NCBI GenBank assembly: GCA_964513285.1
Contig: CAZEML010000001.1
Location: 6,702 to 66,762 of the forward strand
Length of the DNA stretch: 60,061 nucleotides
From: an uncultured Candidatus Nemicrothrix sp.
GTDB lineage: Bacteria; Actinomycetota; Acidimicrobiia; Acidimicrobiales; Aldehydirespiratoraceae
Reading direction: 5' to 3'
Shown here in pieces: positions 17,764-27,860 of the stretch (the first letter of the stretch is position 1; the number at the start of each line of letters is the position of its first letter). The notes under the pieces were generated by a model. It searched no databases. It was not told the origin of the DNA and saw only the letters and a list, made by a program, of their open reading frames with translations. The position numbers were made by a program, and so were the translations under genes.

Positions 17764-17789
17764 GAGACTCAGGATGAATTCCTGAGTCT
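17764..17789. promoter_or_regulatory. Perfect 10-bp inverted repeat upstream of furA (candidate FurA operator, or terminator of the preceding gene)
   Basis: AGACTCAGGA (17765-17774) - TGAAT - TCCTGAGTCT (17780-17789). Sits in a locally AT-richer stretch flanked by two GAATTC sites, 26 nt after the paralog A stop and ~40 nt before the furA start. Confidence 0.45.
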
Positions 17790-17830
17790 GACTCTTGACC
17801 AAGTCCAGAATCGGTGCTGTACTCCCCGAC

Positions 17831-18256
17831 GTGAGCGACTCGACCGGGCCCGACATCGCGCAGGAACTGCGCGACCACGGACTCCAGGTGACCGCCCAGC
17901 GCATCGCCGTGATGGAGGCCGTCACCGGCCACCCCCACACCACGCCTGATGAGCTGGCCGAAGTCGTCCGCAACAAGATCGGGTCGATCTCCCGCCAGGC
18001 GGTGTACGACACGCTCGGGGTCTTCGTCGAGAAGAACCTCGTCCGTCGGATCCAGCCGAGCGGATGGGTTGCCCGGTACGAGGCGCGGGTGGGAGACAAT
18101 CACCACCATCTCGTGTGCCGAGGGTGCGATCTGATGTATGACATCGACTGTGCCGTGGGCTACACGCCGTGTCTCACCGCTGACGACGACCATGGGTTCG
18201 TGATCGACGAAGCCGAAGTCGTCTACTGGGGCATGTGCCCCGCCTGCCAGGCCTAG
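17831..18256 (+). CDS. furA: Fur-family peroxide-responsive regulator (FurA type)
   Basis: [24 protein letters not shown] winged helix, [10 protein letters not shown] and C-terminal CPAC. Lies immediately upstream of katG as in mycobacteria and streptomycetes. GTG 17831 is preferred over the TTG at 17795 used by the track, so the start is uncertain. Confidence 0.8.
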   Translation: MSDSTGPDIAQELRDHGLQVTAQRIAVMEAVTGHPHTTPDELAEVVRNKIGSISRQAVYDTLGVFVEKNLVRRIQPSGWVARYEARVGDNHHHLVCRGCDLMYDIDCAVGYTPCLTADDDHGFVIDEAEVVYWGMCPACQA

Positions 18257-18319
18257 CCCGGCCGGGGCCGCTCCGTGGTCCCCACCCCTCACCGCAGCAA
18301 CAGAAGCAAAAGGAATCAC

Positions 18320-20461
<2,142 letters not shown>

Positions 20462-20471
20462 GGTCCTGAGT

Positions 20472-20490
20472 CTCCGGCCTCGGTCCGGAG
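20472..20490 (+). terminator. Short hairpin just after the katG stop
   Basis: CTCCGG (20472-20477) / loop / CCGGAG (20485-20490), 11 nt after the TGA. Weak, with no U-tract. Confidence 0.3.
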
Positions 20491-20550
20491 CGAGTGATCT
20501 GCAGCTCGACTGCAGCGAGTGATCTGCGGCGCAGCCGCAGCAAGTGACAG
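20490..20550 (+). repeat. 25-nt tandem repeat (about 2.4 copies), each unit with its own small palindrome
   Basis: GCGAGTGATCTGCAGCTCGACTGCA (20490-20514) and GCGAGTGATCTGCGGCGCAGCCGCA (20515-20539), then GCAAGTGACAG. Units contain CTGCAG..CTGCAG and CTGCGG..CCGCAG stems. The third partial unit includes the annotated GTG of paralog B. Confidence 0.8.
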
Positions 20551-22454
20551 ACACCCCGTCGGTTGGCTTCGGTCACCGGCGGGGTGTCGTCGTTTTGGTG
20601 GTCGAACGAGCCTGGATCCGGACGGTGTTCGGCCGATGGGAGACGGTGACCATCACCGATGGGACGGCCGTCGCCACCGCGGCCGACTTCGACGAAGAGC
20701 GCTGGAAGGATCGCCGGCTGACCAGCTGGTCGATCCGCCTCGTCGCGGCGGCGCTGCCGTTGCTCGCCGCCGCGGTCGTCACGGCGCTGCACCTGTCGGT
20801 GTTCGAGCGTCCCGCCGACGCGCTGCCGCTGGCCGCGTTCTGGGCTGGGGTACTCGCCGGCGCGGCCGTCACCGCGGTGTTCCTCAGTCGATGGACGCGC
20901 CGGCTGTTGCCGCTGGCCGGGCTCTTCCGCATGACGCTCGCCTTTCCCGGCGAGGCGCCGAATCGGTTCGCCGTCGCCCTCCGGGAGACGAATGCCGGCC
21001 GGCTCGAAACCCAGCTGATCGCGGGCTCGACCGACCCGCACGCCTCCGCGGCCCGCAACCTCATTTCGCTGGTCGGTCTGCTGCGGCACCACGATCACGC
21101 CACCCGCGGCCACTCCGAACGGGTCGCGACCTATGCGGCCTTGATCGGTGAGCAGATGGGGCTGAGCCCCGACGAGATCGACAAGCTGCGGTGGGCCGCC
21201 CTCATTCACGACATCGGCAAGCTGTCGGTGCCGCCTCGCGTCCTGAACGCGGTGGACCCGCTGAGCGACGAGGACCATCTCCTCATCCGCAACCACCCGG
21301 TCGCCGCGACGGCATACCTCGGGGTGGTGTCCGCCTGGCTCGGCGAGTGGGCCTTGGCGGGTTTGGAGCATCACGAACGCTGGGATGGCTCGGGCTACCC
21401 GGCCGGACTCCGCGGCGACGCGATCGGGCGCGCCGGTCGGATCGTGGCGGTCGCCGACGCCTACGACGTCATGACCGCGGCGGCGAGCTACCGAAGCCCA
21501 CTTCCGGTCGGTCAGGCCCGTGAGGAGTTGGCTCGCTGTGCCGGCACCCAGTTCGACCCGGCGGTGGTGCACGCGCTCCTGCAGATCCCCCACCGGCGCC
21601 TCCGCCTCCTGCTCGGTCCGTCCGGGTGGCTGAACGACCTCGCGTGGATTCCGCGCCTCTCGACGGGAACGAAGATCGCCATCGGCACGGCGATCGCCAC
21701 ACTCGGGGTGGCCGCGGGGACGGCCGTGCTGCTGGACCCGACGCCGACCACCGGACCCGAGCTCGCGGCCGAACGGGTGGTGGAGGACGGCACGACCACG
21801 ACCACCACGACGACGACCAGCCAACCGGCGACGAACGTCCTGGGTGAGACCGCCGTGGAAGAACCGGCGGCGGATCGTCCGAGCGCACCACCGCTCGACC
21901 TGCCCGAGACGACGATTCCGCACCGAACGCCGACGACCACCACGACACCGCCACTGGTCGCGTTGGCGACGGTGTCCGAGCCCACCGGGGTCGGTTTCGT
22001 CCTCATCGACCCGTCCGACCTGCCACGGCACCTCGGCGACGGGGAGCTCACCTCGAACGACCACGCCTTCGTGTGGTTCGAGCCGTCGACGACGCTCGAC
22101 ACCGACGTCCAGGTGAACTCGATCGGCGACGGTGGCGTGTTCGCCGGCGACTCCACCACGACGACCGTGCTTTCCGGCGGCGTGACCGTGTGTCCTGCGT
22201 TCGTCCATGTCGACCCTGCCGACTCGCTCGAAGCGGTCGTCGTCGAACTCGACTTCGGGGTCGCGCCGCTCGGGATCGTGCTCCGAGGCGAAGACCTCGA
22301 CGCCACCCGAAGCTTCGGGGTCGAGGGCGTCGACCACCGCAGCGACGGGATGAGCGCTGACGACGTCGGCTCGATCGACGGGACGACGATCCGCCTGCTG
22401 CTGACCCACAGCGTCGCGGGCCGCGACCAGCTCCGGCTCTTCTTCCCCTGCTGA
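20544..22454 (+). CDS. Membrane HD-GYP phosphodiesterase paralog B
   Basis: Same architecture as A: RWKDRRLTSW, TM segments, RRLLPLAGLFRMTLAFPGEAPNRF, LIHDIGK, HHERWDGSGYP, TTTTTTTTTS / TPTTTTTPP linker, C-terminal domain ending GRDQLRLFFPC. Start uncertain: in-frame GTGs at 20625 and 20646 would match the N-terminal length of the paralogs better. Confidence 0.8.
   Translation: MTDTPSVGFGHRRGVVVLVVERAWIRTVFGRWETVTITDGTAVATAADFDEERWKDRRLTSWSIRLVAAALPLLAAAVVTALHLSVFERPADALPLAAFWAGVLAGAAVTAVFLSRWTRRLLPLAGLFRMTLAFPGEAPNRFAVALRETNAGRLETQLIAGSTDPHASAARNLISLVGLLRHHDHATRGHSERVATYAALIGEQMGLSPDEIDKLRWAALIHDIGKLSVPPRVLNAVDPLSDEDHLLIRNHPVAATAYLGVVSAWLGEWALAGLEHHERWDGSGYPAGLRGDAIGRAGRIVAVADAYDVMTAAASYRSPLPVGQAREELARCAGTQFDPAVVHALLQIPHRRLRLLLGPSGWLNDLAWIPRLSTGTKIAIGTAIATLGVAAGTAVLLDPTPTTGPELAAERVVEDGTTTTTTTTTSQPATNVLGETAVEEPAADRPSAPPLDLPETTIPHRTPTTTTTPPLVALATVSEPTGVGFVLIDPSDLPRHLGDGELTSNDHAFVWFEPSTTLDTDVQVNSIGDGGVFAGDSTTTTVLSGGVTVCPAFVHVDPADSLEAVVVELDFGVAPLGIVLRGEDLDATRSFGVEGVDHRSDGMSADDVGSIDGTTIRLLLTHSVAGRDQLRLFFPC
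21740..21960 (+). repeat. Thr/Pro-rich low-complexity coding repeat (stalk of paralog B)
   Basis: ACG/ACC runs encoding DGTTTTTTTTTSQP ... HRTPTTTTTPP. This is the shortest stalk of the four. Confidence 0.85.
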
Positions 22455-22528
22455 CCGGGTTCGGCACGCGACGACGGGTAGGTCATGCGCCCCATTGAGC
22501 GCGGGGGTGCCCGTGCCGATGGAGTTCC

Positions 22529-24502
22529 GTGCGCACAACAGGAAGCGCGGCGACCACCAGCGCCGCCGATCTCACCGAGCACCGGTGGGCGGCCCGGAGA
22601 GTCCTGAGCTGGACGCTGCGCGCCGTCGTCATCGTCATCCCGGTGGCGGCAGCCCTCGCCGCCACCCGGCTCTACCTCGGCGTCTTCAGCCGACCCGACG
22701 CGCTCCTCCCCCAGGTCGCCTTCTGGCTCGGTGCGCTCGTGCTGTCCGTCGCCGCGTCGATCGCAGTGGAGCGATGGTCGCGGCGACTCCTGCCGCTCGC
22801 CGTGCTGTTTCGGATGTCGTTGGTCTTCCCCGATGAAGCACCGAGTCGCTTCCGGGTCGCACTTCGTGAGGGCAACTCCAAGAAGCTCGACCTCAGCGCC
22901 GAAGGCAGCGCCGCGCAGAATCTGGTGACGCTCGTCGGGGTGCTCAGCCGTCACGATCGCCTGACCCGCGGCCACTCCGAACGCGTTCGCGCCTACGCCG
23001 AGTTGATCGGCACGGAGATGGGGCTCGAGCCCGAGGAGCTCGAGAAGCTCCGGTGGGGCGCGCTGATCCACGACATCGGCAAGCTGACCGTGCCCCCGGA
23101 GCTGCTCAACAAAGCCGGCAAGCCCACCGACGAGGAGTGGCAGATCATCCGAGCCCACCCAGCGGCGTCGGAGGCGTACCTCGGCGCGATCTCCCCATGG
23201 CTCGGCGAGTGGGCCAAGGCCGCCGAGGAACATCACGAGCGCTGGGACGGTGGCGGATACCCGGCCGGGTTGGCGGGTGAAGAGATCAGCCGAGCTGGAC
23301 GCATCGTCGCCGTCGCCGACGCCTACGACGTGATGACGTCAGCCCGCAGCTACAAGCAGGCGCTGAGTCCCTCACTCGCGCGCGAGGAGCTCGCTCGTAA
23401 CGCCGGCAGCCAGTTCGACCCCGAGGTCGTGCGGGCGATGCTGCGCGTCTCGCTCGGCAAGCTCCGCCTGGTCCTCGGACCGCTCGGTTGGCTGAACGAG
23501 TTGGCGTGGGTCTCTCAGGTGCCGCAAGCCGCAACGACGGCTGCGGTCACCGCCTCGACGGCCGCCATGGTCAGTGTCGGCGCCGTCATCGCCGTCGAGC
23601 CACCGGCCGAACCGGCCGAAGCGGCCGCGGTCGAACGCGTCGTCGAGATCGACGAAGACGCTCCATCCACGACCACCCTCGTGGCCCAACCGACCACCAC
23701 GCTGACCGCCATCGGCGTGGAGCCGTCAGCAGCACCGAGCACCACGACAACGACGACCTCGCCCGCTTCCACCACGACGACCACCGGGGCACCGACCACC
23801 ACGCTCGCCGCCGTTGCGGCCGGACCGGCGGTCACCACCACCACGACGTCGCCCGCACCGGCGCCGACGATCCCGACCACGGCACCTACGCCGACCACGA
23901 CCACCGTGCCGCCCACCACGACCGCGCCGACGACCACCGCTGCGCCAGCCACGACGACGACCGGGGCACCGACCACGACCACCGTGCCGCCCACCACGAC
24001 GCCGCCCACAACCGTGCCCGTCGCGCCGGACCCGACCGGATCCGGCTTCGTCATGGTCGACGTCGCCAGTCTCCCGGCGCACCTCGGCAACGGCCAGCTC
24101 ACCTCGAGCGACCACATGTTCGTCTGGTCAGAGGGCGCCAAGATCGTGGCCGCACCGGTGACGCTGCGATCCTTCACCGACGGTGAAGGTTTTGACGGGT
24201 CGAGCAACGCGACGGTGACCGTTCCGAGCGGCACCTGGGTGTGCACGTACTTCGTGCACTACGACCCCGACTGGATCGTCGATGATCGAAGCATCGAACT
24301 GGACTTCGGCACCGTCCCCCTCGGCTTCGCGATGCAAAACAGTGACCTCGACGCCACCCATGGCTACGGCGCGCCGATCGATCACCGAACCGACGGCCTC
24401 GGCGTCGCGGACACCGGCGAGGTCCAGGGCACGTCCATCACCTTTACGTTCGACTACAGCTTCTTCGGGCGAGACCAGGTCCGGATCTTCCTCCCCTGCT
24501 GA
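22529..24502 (+). CDS. Membrane HD-GYP phosphodiesterase paralog C
   Basis: GTG start 74 nt after the B stop. Has HRWAARRVLSW, TMs, RRLLPLAVLFRMSLVFPDEAPSRF, LIHDIGK, HHERWDGGGYP, a long STTTTTTSPASTTTTTGAPTTT... stalk, and a C-terminal domain ending GRDQVRIFLPC. Confidence 0.85.
   Translation: MRTTGSAATTSAADLTEHRWAARRVLSWTLRAVVIVIPVAAALAATRLYLGVFSRPDALLPQVAFWLGALVLSVAASIAVERWSRRLLPLAVLFRMSLVFPDEAPSRFRVALREGNSKKLDLSAEGSAAQNLVTLVGVLSRHDRLTRGHSERVRAYAELIGTEMGLEPEELEKLRWGALIHDIGKLTVPPELLNKAGKPTDEEWQIIRAHPAASEAYLGAISPWLGEWAKAAEEHHERWDGGGYPAGLAGEEISRAGRIVAVADAYDVMTSARSYKQALSPSLAREELARNAGSQFDPEVVRAMLRVSLGKLRLVLGPLGWLNELAWVSQVPQAATTAAVTASTAAMVSVGAVIAVEPPAEPAEAAAVERVVEIDEDAPSTTTLVAQPTTTLTAIGVEPSAAPSTTTTTTSPASTTTTTGAPTTTLAAVAAGPAVTTTTTSPAPAPTIPTTAPTPTTTTVPPTTTAPTTTAAPATTTTGAPTTTTVPPTTTPPTTVPVAPDPTGSGFVMVDVASLPAHLGNGQLTSSDHMFVWSEGAKIVAAPVTLRSFTDGEGFDGSSNATVTVPSGTWVCTYFVHYDPDWIVDDRSIELDFGTVPLGFAMQNSDLDATHGYGAPIDHRTDGLGVADTGEVQGTSITFTFDYSFFGRDQVRIFLPC
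23665..24030 (+). repeat. Thr/Pro/Ala-rich low-complexity coding repeat (stalk of paralog C)
   Basis: Repeated PTTT / APTTTT units, e.g. GAPTTTTVPPTTT occurs twice. Confidence 0.9.
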
Positions 24503-24552
24503 GCTGACGCACCACAACCCGACACGGCGCTGAGCCAGTAGCTTGGGCGGCC

Positions 24553-26406
24553 GTGGCACGAGGGACTTCCACGGGGCAGCGCTGGCGCGACCGTCGTTTC
24601 GTCAGCTGGGGGCTGCGGCTCGTCGTCTTCGCCGCGCCGATCGCCGCTGGCGTCCTCGCGGTGTGGGTGTACACGAGGTTCGTCGATCGGCCGGCCGCGT
24701 TCTTCGCCCAGCTCCTGTTCTGGCTCGTCGCGATCGCGATCGCCGTGGTCGCGGGGCTCGCCGTCGACCGCGTCACCCGGCGGCTCTTGCCGGTCGCCAT
24801 GCTGTTCCGAATGTCGCTGGCCTTCCCCGGCGAGGCCCCCAATCGGCTCGCCCTCGCATTCGGGAAGGGCCCGGTCTCGGCGTCGGCACTGGAGTCGACC
24901 ACCAAGCTGAGCAGCGACGACACCGCCGCGCGACATCTCCTCGCCCTCGTCTCGATCCTCGCCCGCCACGACCCGCGAACGGGTGGCCACTCCGAACGAG
25001 TCCGGGCCTACGCCGACATGATCGCGACCGAGATGGGACTGTCGCCCGCCGCGCTCGACCGCGTGCGCTGGGGCGCCCTGATCCACGACATCGGCAAGCT
25101 GTCGGTCCCGCCCGAGATCCTCGGTGGCGGCGACCGTCCATCGCCGGAGGAGTGGGCGATGATCCGCGACCACGCGATCGGGTCCGAACCGTTCCTGTTC
25201 GCCGTCACCGACTGGCTGGGCGACGGCGCCCTCGCGGCGGTGCAGCATCACGAACGCTGGGACGGTGCCGGCTACCCGGACGGCCTCGCCGGCGACGAGA
25301 TCAGCCTCGTGGCTCGCATCGTCTCCGTCGCCGACACCTACGACGCGATGACCTCGACCCGCAGCTACCGGGAGCCGTTGCGTCCGAGCATGGCTCGCGA
25401 ACAGGTCGCCCGACAGGCCGGCGCCCAGTTCGACCCGAAGGTGGTCGCCGCGTTCCTCGACGTACCGGTGTGGCGACTCCGTCTCGTCCTCGGACCCCTC
25501 GGCTGGCTGAACGAGTTCTTGTGGTTCACCCGACTGCCGCACGCCGCGACCGGCGCTGCCGTCACCGCCGCGGTGGTCGGCGTCTTCGGCCTCGGGGGCG
25601 CGATCGTGTTCTCGTCCCCCGCCGACTCCTCCGATGGCGACGAGGACGACGTCGTCGCGCCGGTCGAGACGAGCACGACGACCACCAGCTCCACCACGAC
25701 GACCAGCACGTCCACCACCACGACCCAGCCGCCGGCGACGACCACCCCGACGACGACCTCGATCGTGCTGACCACCACCTCGACCTCGACGACGACCACG
25801 AGCACCACCACGACGACCACGACGGTGGCGCCGACCACGACCGCGGCTCCTCCACCGACGACCACTGCTGCACCGCCGACCACCACCACGACGACGACCA
25901 CCACCACGACCCTCGCCCCGACCCCGCCCGAGCCGACCGGGACCGGGTTCACGATCGTCGACCCGGCGACCCTTCCGGCCGACCTCGGCGACGGCGAGCT
26001 CACCTCGGACACCGACGTGTTCGTGTGGGCGGAGGGCATCGCCACCACCGCGGCCGACATCGAGCTCCGCTCGTTCACCGACGGCGTCCCCGTGCCGGGC
26101 GACAGCGCGACGACCGCCACGCTCGCGTCCGGCACGCAGGTCTGCACCTACCTCGTGCACGCCGACCCGATCGGTGCGGCGACCCCGTTCACCACCGAGC
26201 TCGACTTCGGCGTCGTGCCCCTCGGCTTCGCGTTGACGACACTCGATCTCCAAGACACCGACGAATTCGAGATCGACGGCGTCGACCATCAGCTCGATGG
26301 GTTCGAGAGCACCGACGTCGTGACCGTCGACGGCACCATGATCACGATCGACCTGGTCTCGACCGCGGGCAGCCGCGATCAGGTCCGGATCTTCATTCCC
26401 TGCTGA
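24553..26406 (+). CDS. Membrane HD-GYP phosphodiesterase paralog D
   Basis: GTG start 50 nt after the C stop. Has QRWRDRRFVSW, TMs, RRLLPVAMLFRMSLAFPGEAPNRL, LIHDIGK, HHERWDGAGYP, a TSTTTTSSTTTTSTSTTTTQPPATTTPTTT... stalk, and a C-terminal domain ending SRDQVRIFIPC. Confidence 0.85.
   Translation: MARGTSTGQRWRDRRFVSWGLRLVVFAAPIAAGVLAVWVYTRFVDRPAAFFAQLLFWLVAIAIAVVAGLAVDRVTRRLLPVAMLFRMSLAFPGEAPNRLALAFGKGPVSASALESTTKLSSDDTAARHLLALVSILARHDPRTGGHSERVRAYADMIATEMGLSPAALDRVRWGALIHDIGKLSVPPEILGGGDRPSPEEWAMIRDHAIGSEPFLFAVTDWLGDGALAAVQHHERWDGAGYPDGLAGDEISLVARIVSVADTYDAMTSTRSYREPLRPSMAREQVARQAGAQFDPKVVAAFLDVPVWRLRLVLGPLGWLNEFLWFTRLPHAATGAAVTAAVVGVFGLGGAIVFSSPADSSDGDEDDVVAPVETSTTTTSSTTTTSTSTTTTQPPATTTPTTTSIVLTTTSTSTTTTSTTTTTTTVAPTTTAAPPPTTTAAPPTTTTTTTTTTTLAPTPPEPTGTGFTIVDPATLPADLGDGELTSDTDVFVWAEGIATTAADIELRSFTDGVPVPGDSATTATLASGTQVCTYLVHADPIGAATPFTTELDFGVVPLGFALTTLDLQDTDEFEIDGVDHQLDGFESTDVVTVDGTMITIDLVSTAGSRDQVRIFIPC
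25670..25935 (+). repeat. Thr/Ser/Pro-rich low-complexity coding repeat (stalk of paralog D)
   Basis: Almost pure ACC/ACG/AGC/CCG codon runs encoding (S/T)TTTT units. Confidence 0.9.
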
Positions 26407-26436
26407 GGCTTCATCCCTGCTGACGCAGGCCGGCCA

Positions 26437-27726
26437 CTACTCGGGCCAGGGCACCCCGTAGTCCTCGAACCACCAGCGCGCCTCACGGATCGCGTTGGGG
26501 TCGGTGCGGAGGTCGGGATCCTGGTTGAGCTGCTCGGGCGTGGGGCCGATCTCGGCCGCGATGTCGGTCAGCGCCGCCTCGTCGAGGTCGTAGCACTTGA
26601 CCGCGTTGAGGCCGAGCAGCAGCCGGGTCTCCTCGATCGGGATCTGCTGGAAGTCGGTCTCGAGCCGCACTTTGGTGTTGGGCCACGAGCCCTCCGGGTG
26701 CGGGTAGTCGGTCCCCCACATGAGGGCATCGATGCCGTTGACGTAGCGGCGACGGAGTTCGACCTTGCTCATCGTCGAGGCCCCGATGAAGACGTTCTCG
26801 CCGACGTACTCCGACGGGAGGCGCTGGATGAGCCCGTGGGTGCGGGAGCTCATCTTCTTCACCTTCCAGTTGGTGCCACCGAACATCACGTCCGTCTTCC
26901 AGAGCAGATCGCCCAGCCACCACGAGCCACACTCGACCGGCGCGTATTTGAAGTTCGGGTACTTGTCGAACTTGCCGGACAGCAGGAACTGCCACAGCGG
27001 ACGGTGGGTCCAGAAGGCCACCTCGAGCATGTACTGGGCCATGTTCTCGTTGTACGCCTCGGCGTCGGCCTCACCGGAGTGGGTGTGCACGACGAGCCCG
27101 GTCTCGTGGCAGGCCTGCCAGATCGGGTCGTACATCTCGTGGCCGTAAGACGGGGCGTCGTGCCACATCGTCGGGATCATGATGCCCTTGATGCCGGGCT
27201 TGTCGGCGAGCGCGTAGATCTCCTTCACCGACTCCTCGACACCGTGGGTGATCGGCACGAGGGCGACACCGGCCCGCCGCGGCGGGTTGGTGGCGCAGAA
27301 CTCCTCGAGCCAACGGTTGTGAGCCCGTGCGCCCGCCCACGCCAGCTTCGGATCGGTGATCGCACCAGCGTGCAGGCCGGCGCCGAACGGCGGCGCTTCC
27401 ATCCCGGTGACCGCGTCGCCGTCGGCGAAGATCACCTCGCCGGCGATGCCGTCGGCGTCGAGCGCCTTGTCGCGGATCTCGGGGTCGTAGGCGCCCTTGA
27501 GGCCCCACTCGTTCTCACGTTCCCACTGTTCGACGTACTCGCCGTTCATCTCCTCGACCATCGCCCGGTGTTCGTGGCGGGTCTGGAGCCATTCGTCGAA
27601 CTCCGCGTGCACGGAGCTCTCCAAGTACTCGCGGTAGTCCTCGACGTAGAGGCCAGCGTGGGTGTCGGAGCTGACGATGATGTACGGGTCGTTGGACTGA
27701 TCGACGCCTTCGAGTGGATTCGGCAT
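26437..27726 (-). CDS. Metal-dependent amidohydrolase (amidohydrolase-2 / ACMSD-like TIM barrel)
   Basis: Start at Met30 of the track ORF (MPNPLEGVD). IIVSSDTHAG near the N-terminus, HTHSGE, and WGTDYPHPEG near the C-terminus fit the PF04909-type metal ligand pattern. Confidence 0.6.
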   Translation of the reverse strand: MPNPLEGVDQSNDPYIIVSSDTHAGLYVEDYREYLESSVHAEFDEWLQTRHEHRAMVEEMNGEYVEQWERENEWGLKGAYDPEIRDKALDADGIAGEVIFADGDAVTGMEAPPFGAGLHAGAITDPKLAWAGARAHNRWLEEFCATNPPRRAGVALVPITHGVEESVKEIYALADKPGIKGIMIPTMWHDAPSYGHEMYDPIWQACHETGLVVHTHSGEADAEAYNENMAQYMLEVAFWTHRPLWQFLLSGKFDKYPNFKYAPVECGSWWLGDLLWKTDVMFGGTNWKVKKMSSRTHGLIQRLPSEYVGENVFIGASTMSKVELRRRYVNGIDALMWGTDYPHPEGSWPNTKVRLETDFQQIPIEETRLLLGLNAVKCYDLDEAALTDIAAEIGPTPEQLNQDPDLRTDPNAIREARWWFEDYGVPWPE

Positions 27727-27760
27727 GCCGACAAGGGTCTCAGGCGGCACGGTCGCGACG

Positions 27761-27786
27761 CAAACCTGACGGTCCGTCAGGGTTTG
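27761..27786. promoter_or_regulatory. Near-perfect 12/13-bp inverted repeat in a divergent promoter region
   Basis: CAAACC-TGACGG T CCGTCA-GGGTTTG (one extra base in the right arm). Nested inside a weaker outer repeat GGTCTCAGG (27736-27744) ... CCTGAGGTCC (27789-27798). Lies between the divergent starts at 27726 (-) and 27861 (+). Confidence 0.45.
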
Positions 27787-27860
27787 GCCCTGAGGTCCCG
27801 GGCGCCATGTCACAGCGGTGACCTACGGTTGCGTCACGAGCGGATGAGAGGACCGGCGGA

